This document shows positions 25,496 to 34,551 of a DNA stretch of 45,022 nucleotides, piece after piece. Made by a program: the position numbers and the translations under genes. The notes under the pieces were generated by a model, which did no database searches, had not been told where the DNA came from, and saw nothing but the letters and a program-made list of their open reading frames with translations. This stretch comes from a virus (taxonomy: Duplodnaviria > Caudoviricetes): positions 1 through 45,022 of the IMG/VR virus record IMGVR_UViG_3300011112_000005. One strand, 5' to 3'. Each line of letters begins with the position of its first letter. The stretch's first letter is position 1.

Positions 25496-25541
25496 ATCAC
25501 CCTGCCCGCGGCCCAAGATTTCAACCAAGTAGGAGAAACTG

Positions 25542-26159
25542 ATGACGAAGAGACCGATAAACACAACAGCAGAAATGGCATCGAATCCCATGCTCGGCCT
25601 CGTGACCGCCATGGCCGGCGGGATCGAAGCGTCAGAGGCGCGGGGGCAGAGGGAGCTGGTGGCGAGCGAATCGTTGCCGACATCATTCAACTGCTACGGG
25701 AACAAGGAGACCGAGGCCAGGTACCAGAAAGTCCTGGAGGGTTGGGGCTTCAAGTTTGGCGAGCCATTCGCCGACGACCCCATGTTCAGGCCCGCAGAGT
25801 TGCCGCCGGGCTGGACGAAGGAGGGCTCCGACCACGCCATGTGGAGCCACGTCAAGGACGACAAGGGGCGCGAGCGCGTTTCGATCTTCTACAAGGCGGC
25901 GTTCTACGACCGCAGAGCGTTCATGGACCTGAGCCCGCGCTACGTCATTGACTACACGGTCGTCGAGGAGCACCAGGACATCCTCAAGCAGGTTTGTTGC
26001 AACAAGGTCGTTGACCGCCAAACCGGCGAGACGCTCAAGGAGTTCACCAGCACATACCGGGAGAGCGCCGCCGCCGCGCGCGCGTTTTTCAATGAGCTGA
26101 GCGATAACCCAGGCGACCCGGAGCACTGGACCTCCATAGACCGCCCCACAGCCAAGTAG
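25542..26159 (+). CDS. Conserved-looking phage hypothetical protein
   Basis: AGGAG RBS. 'GIEASEARGQRELV..LPPGW.K..SDHAMWS..GRERVSIFYKAAFYDR' recalls an uncharacterised phage family (from memory, not searched). Confidence 0.75.
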   Translation: MTKRPINTTAEMASNPMLGLVTAMAGGIEASEARGQRELVASESLPTSFNCYGNKETEARYQKVLEGWGFKFGEPFADDPMFRPAELPPGWTKEGSDHAMWSHVKDDKGRERVSIFYKAAFYDRRAFMDLSPRYVIDYTVVEEHQDILKQVCCNKVVDRQTGETLKEFTSTYRESAAAARAFFNELSDNPGDPEHWTSIDRPTAK

Positions 26160-26173
26160 GAGAGTAAGAGGTA

Positions 26174-27118
26174 ATGGCAAAACAACCCAAGAGACCTGAC
26201 GGCGTGCGACTCGTGGACCATACGATCCCAGGCACGAAGACTGTCATGAAGCGGCGCGAGCCTGCGCATGAGCACGCGCCCGAGAAGCGCCCGTTTATCT
26301 TTCCGCCAGGGCAGGTGGCGGATGTGGCGGTAGGCATGAAGTGCGGCATGAACATCATGCTCACCGGCCCGACAGGCTGCGGTAAGACGGCCCTCCCGCG
26401 TGCCATCTGCGCGGAGCTGGGTTTGCCCATGGTGCGCTTCAATCTCGACGGAGAGACGCGCGTGAGCAACCTGCGAGGCATGAACGTCCCGGCCGCCGAG
26501 GATGGTGTACTGACCCTGAAGTTCTCGCTTGGGGCGCTCGCGAAATGCATGAAGGACGGGTACGTGGTGTTGCTCGACGAAATCGATGCTGCGTTGCCAA
26601 GCGTGCGATTTGTGCTCCAGCCGGTACTCGAAGAGGACAACCGCACACTGAATATCCCAGAAACTGGCGAGACGATTGTAGCCCGCGACAATGGATTTGC
26701 GGTGTTCGCGACGGGCAACACCATCGGGTTCCGAGCTACGAAGCGCGCAGCCTATGCGGGCACGAACATGATGAACGCGGCATTCTTGGACCGATTTGGC
26801 ATGGTGATCGGAGTCGACTACCCGACCAAGGAAGAGGAGTACGAGCGCGTGCGGGTGAACGTGCCGGGGTGCGATACCGATCTGATCGATGGTATCTGCC
26901 GAGTCGCCGAAGATATCCGAAGTGATGAGAAGTTCACGAGCGACTTCTCCACGCGGCGTTGTGTGCAGTGGGCGCGGTTGTGCGAGCACTTCGGCTCCGA
27001 CGGTGTGCTGCGCGCGGCCAAGGCGTCGGTGCTGCGGAAGCTGGAGTCATCGACGGACGTGCGCGTCGCGAAGGAAATCATCGAGCGTATCTTCGGCTAC
27101 GACGAAGGCGCGCTGTGA
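26174..27118 (+). CDS. MoxR-family AAA+ ATPase (CbbQ/NirQ/CobS-like)
   Basis: Walker A 'GPTGCGKT', Walker B 'LLDEID', 'FATGNT', 'NAAFLDRF', 'FSTR'. Confidence 0.92.
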   Translation: MAKQPKRPDGVRLVDHTIPGTKTVMKRREPAHEHAPEKRPFIFPPGQVADVAVGMKCGMNIMLTGPTGCGKTALPRAICAELGLPMVRFNLDGETRVSNLRGMNVPAAEDGVLTLKFSLGALAKCMKDGYVVLLDEIDAALPSVRFVLQPVLEEDNRTLNIPETGETIVARDNGFAVFATGNTIGFRATKRAAYAGTNMMNAAFLDRFGMVIGVDYPTKEEEYERVRVNVPGCDTDLIDGICRVAEDIRSDEKFTSDFSTRRCVQWARLCEHFGSDGVLRAAKASVLRKLESSTDVRVAKEIIERIFGYDEGAL

Positions 27119-28932
27119 GCATAGACCACGAGATGGTGCGCGTGGCTCGCATCATTGCTGCCGATCAGAATCTGACGGTGCATGTGCGGGGCTCGAAGGC
27201 TTTCGCGGTGAAGGGGGCCATCACGATCCCCAACATCGAGAACTACGACTGGCTTGGGGCTCGCTACGCCAAACGGATGCTGCACGGACTGGTCGATCAC
27301 GAGTGTGGTCATGCGTCGGACACGGACTTCGACGCGATGAGCGCTTGGCAGGCGAGCACGAAGCCGTGCCAGGCGCTGTTTCATATCTGGAATGCCATCG
27401 AGGATGGTTACATCGAGCGGCGGCAGGGCGAGCGTTACAAGGGCTGCCGGACGAATATCCGCTTGATGAACGAATGGTTTCTCGGTGAGAAGGATGACGA
27501 CGGCAAGACTCCGATCGACCGCGTGCGCGATGGCGATGACATGGTGACGGGCGTCCTGCAGGCAATCATCCCAGTGCTCGCGGATCACGGCGGCCGCACC
27601 GTCGACTTCTACGAAGATCTGAACGCGGATGTGGGGGCCATGCTGCGCCTGTGCGAGCCGGAAATCCTCGAAGCGCAAGCGATGGCGGGTACCCATCAAA
27701 CGGCGGCGAACATAGAACTTGCGAAACGTATTTTCGATAAGCTCAATGCGGCGGCCACCGACGAGGAAAAGAAGAAGATAGCCACCATGGAGATAGATGC
27801 CCCGACGGTGGACGCACTGAGTGTGCTGGAGCGCTGGACCAAGGCTGCGCCCATGTGCGCCACGGAGGGCATCAACGCTCGTATCGATAGCGTGTTCGAG
27901 CAGCCGGATGCGACCCGGCCGTATACTATCTTCGCGCCTGAGTTCGATGTAGAGCGCGACTTCTCGGCAGAGGACCAAGGGGAGCTGTCCGAGGCCTACA
28001 GCGCGGCCGAGGATGATGCGGCAGAAGTTTCCGATGCCCTGGTGTTCGCTTTCGAGCATGCGCTGCGGTCGACTGCGATGATAGTTCCTGTGAGCGGCCA
28101 TGATGAGGGGGAGATCGACTCCAACCTGATCGCCGAGTACGCCGTGGGGGCGGTGTCTTCGGATAGACTGTACATCCAGCCGGAAGAGGGGGAGTCAGAC
28201 GAAACGGCGGTGTATATCCTCGCGGACTGCTCGGGCTCGATGGCGGGGCACAAAGCGAGGCTGTGCAGGCATGCGTGTATCGCGATGCACAGGGCACTGC
28301 GCGCGTGCATGATCGCACACGAGATTGGCGGGTTCACGACACTCGAAGAGCGAGATATCCCGCGTCATCCGTGGGCCCACGATAAGATAGAAGAGCACAC
28401 CCGGAGCTTCGCTCGGATGCGCCAGGCCCTCGAAGAAGCGCAGGCGCACGGCGTGGTCGTCGAGAACTTCGCGCGGGCGGTCTACGGCCACTACGAAACG
28501 CTCGATGAGGGCGCGGATTTGATGGTCCCGGTGCATGCGATTTTCAAGGGGTGGGGCTCGAACGACCCGCGCTCGCTCATGAAAATAGAAGGCCTTGATC
28601 AGAATCTCGATGGCGAGGCGGTCATGTGGGCGGCGCACAGGCTGGCGAAGCGTCACGAGCGGCGCAAGGTTATGTTCGTGGTCTCCGATGGCTACCCGGC
28701 AGGTAGTCGAGATAACGCCCAGGGGCACACCTATCTGAAGGATTCGATCGCGCGGATCATCGATGCGGGCATCGAGGTTTACGGGATAGGTATCGCGAGC
28801 GACGCCGTAGAGGAGTTTTATCCCATTTGGTGGCGGGCGGATAACGCAGATGATCTGATCTCCATTGCCATGGGTGGGATGACTGAGGTACTAACGGCGA
28901 ACCGCAAAGAGCGGGCACGCATTTTCATGTGA
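27115..28932 (+). CDS. VWA-domain partner (CobT-like) with N-terminal HExxH region
   Basis: GTGA overlap at 27115. 'LVDHECGH..WNAIED..IER', MIDAS 'DCSGSM', 'NLDGEA', 'VVSDGYP', 'YGIGI'. Confidence 0.88.
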   Translation: MSIDHEMVRVARIIAADQNLTVHVRGSKAFAVKGAITIPNIENYDWLGARYAKRMLHGLVDHECGHASDTDFDAMSAWQASTKPCQALFHIWNAIEDGYIERRQGERYKGCRTNIRLMNEWFLGEKDDDGKTPIDRVRDGDDMVTGVLQAIIPVLADHGGRTVDFYEDLNADVGAMLRLCEPEILEAQAMAGTHQTAANIELAKRIFDKLNAAATDEEKKKIATMEIDAPTVDALSVLERWTKAAPMCATEGINARIDSVFEQPDATRPYTIFAPEFDVERDFSAEDQGELSEAYSAAEDDAAEVSDALVFAFEHALRSTAMIVPVSGHDEGEIDSNLIAEYAVGAVSSDRLYIQPEEGESDETAVYILADCSGSMAGHKARLCRHACIAMHRALRACMIAHEIGGFTTLEERDIPRHPWAHDKIEEHTRSFARMRQALEEAQAHGVVVENFARAVYGHYETLDEGADLMVPVHAIFKGWGSNDPRSLMKIEGLDQNLDGEAVMWAAHRLAKRHERRKVMFVVSDGYPAGSRDNAQGHTYLKDSIARIIDAGIEVYGIGIASDAVEEFYPIWWRADNADDLISIAMGGMTEVLTANRKERARIFM

Positions 28933-28959
28933 CGCCAACCCGAGGAAGTAGGAAGCCTG

Positions 28960-29442
28960 ATGAACGGATCTGACGCGAGCTACCACGCTTGTGCGCGAAT
29001 CGTCGCGCAAGCCATTCGCCGTATCCCCCAGCAACGTATTGGCATTCTGGATAGAGACGATCTCCAGCAAGAGCTGATCATTCATGCCCTCAAGGCATCC
29101 AAGAAAGCCGACGGGCGGGAGGGCCACGGCTACGTCCGCACCACGGTCCACCGGGCGATCAGTCGTTTGTGGGAGTACACCCACGCGGCCTGCCGCCAAC
29201 CGCAGGACCAGTACGGGCGCGCGGTGTGGTTCCACAACCCGGACGTGATCGACTTCCGAGCGGACGACCGGGAGCTTTCGCCGGAGTGTGCTGTGGGTAT
29301 CCGGCGGGATGTGGAGGCGCTGATCGAGACGCTTCCGCCGTCCGAGCGGGAACTAGTTCGCGCGGCCGCGCGCGGTGAAATCGAGTTGACCGAACGGCAA
29401 GCCCAGCATATCCGATACTGTGATCCAGGAGGTCCAGAATGA
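28960..29442 (+). CDS. Sigma-70/ECF-like transcription factor (regions 2 and partial 4)
   Basis: 'DRDDLQQELIIHAL..YVRTTVHRAI' (region 2-like) and 'LIETLPPSERELV' (start of region 4). Confidence 0.6.
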   Translation: MNGSDASYHACARIVAQAIRRIPQQRIGILDRDDLQQELIIHALKASKKADGREGHGYVRTTVHRAISRLWEYTHAACRQPQDQYGRAVWFHNPDVIDFRADDRELSPECAVGIRRDVEALIETLPPSERELVRAAARGEIELTERQAQHIRYCDPGGPE

Positions 29443-30404
29443 CAGCAGCAGATAAGTACGCCGTCCCTGAGGGGACTATTTCCAGCTGCCACGTTCGTGG
29501 TGAGGAGCCTGAGGGCTACGACGGGGCCGAGCCTATCTGCCACAGCTGCGTAGACAAGTTCACCTGCCTGCCGGAAGCGGTCGTCAAGCCGAAAGTGTGG
29601 ACCGACCGTGACGCTACCGTCTGGATGGTAGTCGACGATCACGAGGTCGCGGCGCTGCTGTCCAAAGAGATGACGTTCGCGGAGGTGCTCGATCGCGTCG
29701 TTCGGCGGACGGCGATTGAGGATGAGGGCGGCTTGATCCCGGCGGAACTGCTAGTACGCAAGGTCAGTGATGCGCCTGCCGAGGGTGCGATAGAGGAATC
29801 GCCCCCCGAGACGGATCCGGAGTCCGAACCACCTGCGGAAGATCCCGCGAAACCTGAGGAGACCACCGTGGCAGCGAAGAGGACGACTAAGAAGGCTGTG
29901 AAGAAGAAAGCTGTGAAGAAGAAAGCCGTGAAGAAGAAGGTGGCAGCCAAGAAGAAGGCCCCCGCCAAGAAGGCCCCTGTGAAGAAGGCGGCCAAGAAGA
30001 AGGCTGTGAAGAAGAAATCCGTGAAGAAGGCGGTGGTGCAGCCGAAGCCGCGCGTGCCCCGCGTGGATCCCCCGGGCGACAGATCGCTCCCGAAGGCGGG
30101 GAGCATCACGGAAGAGAAGATGGTGACCATGCTGGAGCAGGTGAAGCTCGGCAAGCGCATCGACTGGGGCTGGGGTATGCAGATCGTCCGTAAGATGCGG
30201 GACGGCAGCGAGCGTGTCGTGACGGTGACCAAGCACGGTTTCTTGTACGCGGACAAGCACTACCCCTCGCTTAGCGCGGCCTGCATGAACGCGGCGAACT
30301 CGTTCAGCCGCTCGGGCAACGATTGGTTCCACACGCGCCACGCATGCACCGAGGTGCGGGACACGAAGGGCAAGGTCATCGCGTCGAGGACTGTCGGCGA
30401 GTAG
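29439..30404 (+). CDS. Putative DNA-binding protein: Cys cluster + acidic linker + histone H1-like Lys/Ala repeats + DUF2924/RAMA-like domain
   Basis: 'SC..CHSC..C', KKAVKKK repeats, and C-terminal 'GMQIVR..VTVTKHGFLY..HYPSLSAA..SGNDWF'. Confidence 0.65.
   Translation: MTAADKYAVPEGTISSCHVRGEEPEGYDGAEPICHSCVDKFTCLPEAVVKPKVWTDRDATVWMVVDDHEVAALLSKEMTFAEVLDRVVRRTAIEDEGGLIPAELLVRKVSDAPAEGAIEESPPETDPESEPPAEDPAKPEETTVAAKRTTKKAVKKKAVKKKAVKKKVAAKKKAPAKKAPVKKAAKKKAVKKKSVKKAVVQPKPRVPRVDPPGDRSLPKAGSITEEKMVTMLEQVKLGKRIDWGWGMQIVRKMRDGSERVVTVTKHGFLYADKHYPSLSAACMNAANSFSRSGNDWFHTRHACTEVRDTKGKVIASRTVGE
29871..30032 (+). repeat. Coding low-complexity repeat (GCnGTGAAGAAGAAR units = AVKKK)
   Basis: Repeated ~15-nt units are directly visible. 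Confidence 0.85.
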
Positions 30405-30408
30405 CCTG

Positions 30409-30699
30409 GTGGAGGGCTGGATTATCGATCTGCGGGGGCATGGAAGCCACATGGCCGATTGCCTCCGCAGGCAGCCGATATTCTACGTGGGGCTGGAGGC
30501 TGTCTTTGAGGTGTGGCTTTGGGATCCGGTAGCTCGGCTGTGGTTCGTGATGACGACGGACGCGGCGGCGGCAGCGGAGCAGGGCGCGGTGGGTTTCCAC
30601 CCACTGCATACGAGGCACCAACTGATCCAGATGCGAGATCAATGGCGCGCACATCGAGCAGCAGGTGGGAATGTTCCAGCTGGAACTAGCCGGCACTGA
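30409..30699 (+). CDS. Hypothetical protein (96 aa)
   Basis: Fills the gap between the H1-like gene and the polymerase. GTG start with no clear RBS. Confidence 0.5.
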   Translation: MEGWIIDLRGHGSHMADCLRRQPIFYVGLEAVFEVWLWDPVARLWFVMTTDAAAAAEQGAVGFHPLHTRHQLIQMRDQWRAHRAAGGNVPAGTSRH

Positions 30700-33600
30700 G
30701 GACCCGTGGATAGATCAGGATGTGGTGCGCCCCTACGAGGGGGACCCGATCACCCTGCGCTATCACCTCGTGCGAGACCTCGCAGCGCTCGAACAGATGG
30801 TCGCGACTTGCGTGGCATCGCCGGACATAGCGCACGATACGGAGACCAGTGGGATATGTGTGTGGCTGGGCGCTCGCGCGTGCGGGCATGCGTTCGCGGC
30901 CCCGACGGGCAGGTGCGAGATCAGCATGTGGTACGTGCCGATCCGCCACATGCTGGCGACCGAATCGCAGCTATCCCCGGAGGTTGTGTTCGCAGCATGC
31001 ACGACGATCCTCACGTCACCCGGCAAGTGCTACTGGGCGCACGGCAAGTTCGACTGGGCGATGAATCGGATCGACGGGATCAGATGCACGCGCGAAGCCG
31101 TCGATGTTCTGATCGAAGCGAATATCAATGATGAGAATGAGCCTTCGTTCAAGCTCAAAGCGTTGGCGGCGAAGTACTGTACTGAGGAGGCCAGGGGCGA
31201 GGAAAAGAAGCTCGATGACTGGATGAAGAAGGACGCGCAGAGCCTGGGCCTCAAGTTCAAGAATCGCGCGCCCATGGTCCTCGAAGACGTCAACTCGCTG
31301 GGTGTCTCGACCTACTTGGAGCGGTTCGGGTACTCACGCACGCCTATCCGCATGTGCGGCCGTTACGCATGCCGGGACGTGTTCTACAACCTGTACTTGG
31401 GGATGAAGACCTTCCGTCATGTGCCGCGGCAGTGGGGTGAGGTCTACCGGCGGGAAATGCTCACCGCCCAACGGCTGCACGCGATGGAATGGGAAGGTCT
31501 ACCCATCGATGAAGCCATGGTGCGCGAGGTCCACGATCAGACCGGCGCACAGGTACTGCATTGGCTCGGGGAGATCAGGCGCTTGTCCGATGACCCGGAC
31601 TTCGATCCGACGGATGCGAATGTGCGGGAGCTGTTCTACGAGAAGCTAAAGATGGTGCCTCCGAAGTGGACCAAGGGTGGCGTCTCAAAAAAGAAGCAAC
31701 CCGCGGTCGACCTCGAAGCACGCGAGATATTGAAGCTCAAGTACCCCATGTACGAGCCCCTGATCACAGCGGTCGGTCGCCTGTCTGATGCTTCCAAATA
31801 CCATACGACCTACTCAGGCAACTTCCTGCGCTACCTCAGCGCGGACACGGGTCGTATTCACCCGAACTACAACCAGCTTGAAAAGAGAGAGAAGGGCGTG
31901 CCGGTCACGGGCCGACTATCGAGCCAGGATCCGAACGTCCAGAACATCGCGCACAAGCTGCTCAAGGTAGACCTGCCCGGGCGCGAGACCTTCGAGATAG
32001 CGATACGGAAGTACTTCAAGGTCCCGACGGGCTACATTCGAGCTTACATCGACTTTTCGCAGATCGAGCTGCGCGTGCTCGCGTGGTTTTGCCAGGATGA
32101 GAATCTGATCCGTGCCTACCAAGAGGGCTTGGATATTCACCAGATAACGGCCGACCTACTTGGTATCCTGAGGTCGATTGCCAAGCAGGTAAACTTCGGC
32201 AACTGCCTGGAAGCTGGGACCTTAGTGGTCACACGGCGGGGCTTGCTTTCCATTGAACAGGTTCGCGTCGGTGACCTGGTGCTCACGCATAAAAAGCGCT
32301 GGCGTAGGGTTGACGAAGTTGCTGCCACGCCGACGCGCTTTGCTGTGCGGTTCGAGACTAGAACAGGCAAAGTCGTTGTGTGTACCCCAGAGCATATGTT
32401 GCTGGTGCAGTTTCCAGCGGGCGGGGGCTACCCACCGCGTCGGGGTTGGGTGTACGCGCAGGACATCGAAGAGGGCCAACATCTCGTGTACCACGAGAGT
32501 GTGTACGAGCCCTCACGGACGCGGGCCATCGGGGAGGACGAGGCGCTTGCAATAGGGTGGTGGGTTAGCGAGGGGAGCTGGACGCGAACATCTGGGTTCC
32601 GTATTCCGCAGTCTAGGGAGGCAAACCCAGACGTGTACTACCGGATGCGGAAGGTACTTGTGGGCCTGGGTTTTCGAGAGTGGGCGTCGAAGAAGGACGC
32701 GCCCATGTCTAGGTTTTACTTACCTGCGGCGGCATTGGTGGATTTTGCGAAGCGCACAGGGCTGGTACAGGCGGGTAGCCGGGAGAAATCGTTACCCGCC
32801 TGTGTCTGGCGAATGCCCTACAAGGAGCGTCTGTTGGTTCTAGGCGCGCTGTGGGATGGCGATGGTTGCTGTGTGATTACGAAGCAGCGAACGCAGCAAA
32901 CGTACAGCACGATCAGCAGGCAGCTAGCTGATGATGTGGTGCGGTTACTAGACACTGTGGGTATCAACGCCACGATCTACAGGCTGCCAGAAAAGCTAGT
33001 TATCACAGTGGTGGGATCTCAGGGTAAGGAGAGGTTTTTCGGGCTGGTGCCCACGACCAAAAATGCGAGGCACGATTTTCCTCAGAAGCTGAAACGATTC
33101 TGGGCTCAAGAAAAGATCGTGTCGGTGAAGCGTCTGGTGTTCCCCACTCCTCGCCCGTTCTATGACTTGGCTGTGCGGGAGGACCACTCGTTTGTGGCCA
33201 ACGGCATCATCTCGCACAACTCCTACGGTATGACGGAGATCGGCCTGGCGCTGCGCATGCCGGGATACTACGCCGATCCCGAGGGCACGCGCGAGGAAGC
33301 CAAGAAGGTGCTGTACGCATTCTTCCAGCAGTACAAGCGCATCAAGGAGTTCCAGCGCCGCCTTGCCGAGAAGATGAAGCGCAACGGTTGCTTGATGGTG
33401 AACCCGTTCGGGCGCCCGCGCCGTATCCCCGCCGTCGCAGATTTCGAGCGATGGAAGCGAGAGCGCGGCGAGCGTCAAATGATGAGTTCGATTATCTCGG
33501 GTACCTCAGCAGACCTCATGAAGGAATGTCTGATCAAGTCAGGGCCTATCCTCGAAGCGCAGAGCCCCCACAGCCGGTTGGTGCAGACCGTTCACGATGA

Positions 33601-33826
33601 ACTGGTGATCGACTTCTACAACGAGCCGGGCTGGACCAACGCGCTGATCAGCATTATCCGAATGATGGAGGATTGGCCCATGTTCAGTGAGTCAGGTCCG
33701 GATGGCCACGGCGCGGGCGTACCTATCCGCGTCGCGTGCGAGCTGACTACTACGACATGGGACGATAAGCGCGAGATCGTGCTGCTGCCGGACGACACTT
33801 TTCAGTGGAAGGACGAGGCCACTTAA
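30671..33826 (+). CDS. polA: Family A DNA polymerase (3'-5' exonuclease + polymerase) with an intein
   Basis: ExoI 'HDTETSG', ExoII 'HGKFD', ExoIII 'YACRD'; 'TGRLSSQDPNVQNI', motif A 'DFSQIELR', motif B 'RSIAKQVNFGN/SYG', motif C 'VHDE'. Start is ATG 30671 or GTG 30665. Confidence 0.95.
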   Translation: MFQLELAGTEDPWIDQDVVRPYEGDPITLRYHLVRDLAALEQMVATCVASPDIAHDTETSGICVWLGARACGHAFAAPTGRCEISMWYVPIRHMLATESQLSPEVVFAACTTILTSPGKCYWAHGKFDWAMNRIDGIRCTREAVDVLIEANINDENEPSFKLKALAAKYCTEEARGEEKKLDDWMKKDAQSLGLKFKNRAPMVLEDVNSLGVSTYLERFGYSRTPIRMCGRYACRDVFYNLYLGMKTFRHVPRQWGEVYRREMLTAQRLHAMEWEGLPIDEAMVREVHDQTGAQVLHWLGEIRRLSDDPDFDPTDANVRELFYEKLKMVPPKWTKGGVSKKKQPAVDLEAREILKLKYPMYEPLITAVGRLSDASKYHTTYSGNFLRYLSADTGRIHPNYNQLEKREKGVPVTGRLSSQDPNVQNIAHKLLKVDLPGRETFEIAIRKYFKVPTGYIRAYIDFSQIELRVLAWFCQDENLIRAYQEGLDIHQITADLLGILRSIAKQVNFGNCLEAGTLVVTRRGLLSIEQVRVGDLVLTHKKRWRRVDEVAATPTRFAVRFETRTGKVVVCTPEHMLLVQFPAGGGYPPRRGWVYAQDIEEGQHLVYHESVYEPSRTRAIGEDEALAIGWWVSEGSWTRTSGFRIPQSREANPDVYYRMRKVLVGLGFREWASKKDAPMSRFYLPAAALVDFAKRTGLVQAGSREKSLPACVWRMPYKERLLVLGALWDGDGCCVITKQRTQQTYSTISRQLADDVVRLLDTVGINATIYRLPEKLVITVVGSQGKERFFGLVPTTKNARHDFPQKLKRFWAQEKIVSVKRLVFPTPRPFYDLAVREDHSFVANGIISHNSYGMTEIGLALRMPGYYADPEGTREEAKKVLYAFFQQYKRIKEFQRRLAEKMKRNGCLMVNPFGRPRRIPAVADFERWKRERGERQMMSSIISGTSADLMKECLIKSGPILEAQSPHSRLVQTVHDELVIDFYNEPGWTNALISIIRMMEDWPMFSESGPDGHGAGVPIRVACELTTTTWDDKREIVLLPDDTFQWKDEAT
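32204..33220 (+). mobile_element. Intein (339 aa) with LAGLIDADG homing endonuclease
   Basis: Block A 'CLEAGTLV', block B 'CTPEH', LAGLIDADG 'IGWWVSEGS' and 'LGALWDGDG', blocks F/G 'YDLAVREDHSFVANGIISHN', +1 Ser. Codon usage differs from the extein. Confidence 0.95.
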
Positions 33827-33849
33827 GGTCTATCCGCTACAGGGGAACT

Positions 33850-34551
33850 ATGGGATTTTCGAGCAGAGATTTAGTCGAGCGGCTGGGCACGAAGCTGCCC
33901 CTCGTGATGGAGTTCGCGGACCCCATCACGGGCGCGCCGTTCGTCGTCAACCGGGACAACATGCTGTCGTTGCTGGCGATCGACGTGGATAACCTGGTGC
34001 TGGAAAGCCAGACGTGCCCGATGCTGTTCGGCGAAATGGCGCGTGTACATCGAGCGGCCGAGTTCGCGCTGGAGCAGGCCGAGGCAGAGTTTCGGTCGTT
34101 CAAGGGCCGGAAGTCGATGGAGGCGCGCGGGCAACTGAACAATGGCCACGATGCCAAGGGCAACTTGAAGCCCCCGACGAAGGAGCAGGTCGAGGAGTTC
34201 TACCGGGCCGATCCTGACTACCTTCCGCAGTACTCGCGGCTCAACAGGCTGCGCGTGATCCCCGGGCTTATCGTGGATCTGAAAAAGGGCTTTGAGATGA
34301 AGCTCAGGGCCCTCGGCGACCTCCACAAGGTGGACTTCGGTCACGGCTACGTCGAGGCGGGTTCTAACCGCCTCGCAGAGATGGAAGAACGCGCCGAGCT
34401 GGACTCGATTTCCAGGCCGATGATGATGGAGTCGGGCGCGACCCTCGCCAACATTGTATCGTCGGGCGCGCCGCACCCGGGCACACCGACCAAACCACCC
34501 ACAGCCACTTCTAAAAAGCGTGCGAAGCGCCCCGGAGAGACCAAGTCATGA
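33850..34551 (+). CDS. Putative recombination mediator (UvsY-like helical protein)
   Basis: AGGGGA RBS. 'LAIDVDNL..ESQ..P..' and 'PTKEQVEEFYRADPDY' resemble UvsY. Lies upstream of SSB and RecA. Confidence 0.5.
   Translation: MGFSSRDLVERLGTKLPLVMEFADPITGAPFVVNRDNMLSLLAIDVDNLVLESQTCPMLFGEMARVHRAAEFALEQAEAEFRSFKGRKSMEARGQLNNGHDAKGNLKPPTKEQVEEFYRADPDYLPQYSRLNRLRVIPGLIVDLKKGFEMKLRALGDLHKVDFGHGYVEAGSNRLAEMEERAELDSISRPMMMESGATLANIVSSGAPHPGTPTKPPTATSKKRAKRPGETKS

Noticed and set aside
26174-28932. Cobalamin-biosynthesis auxiliary genes (cobS/cobT)
   Set aside because: No cobN or other cob genes; phage MoxR/VWA pairs are often mislabelled this way.
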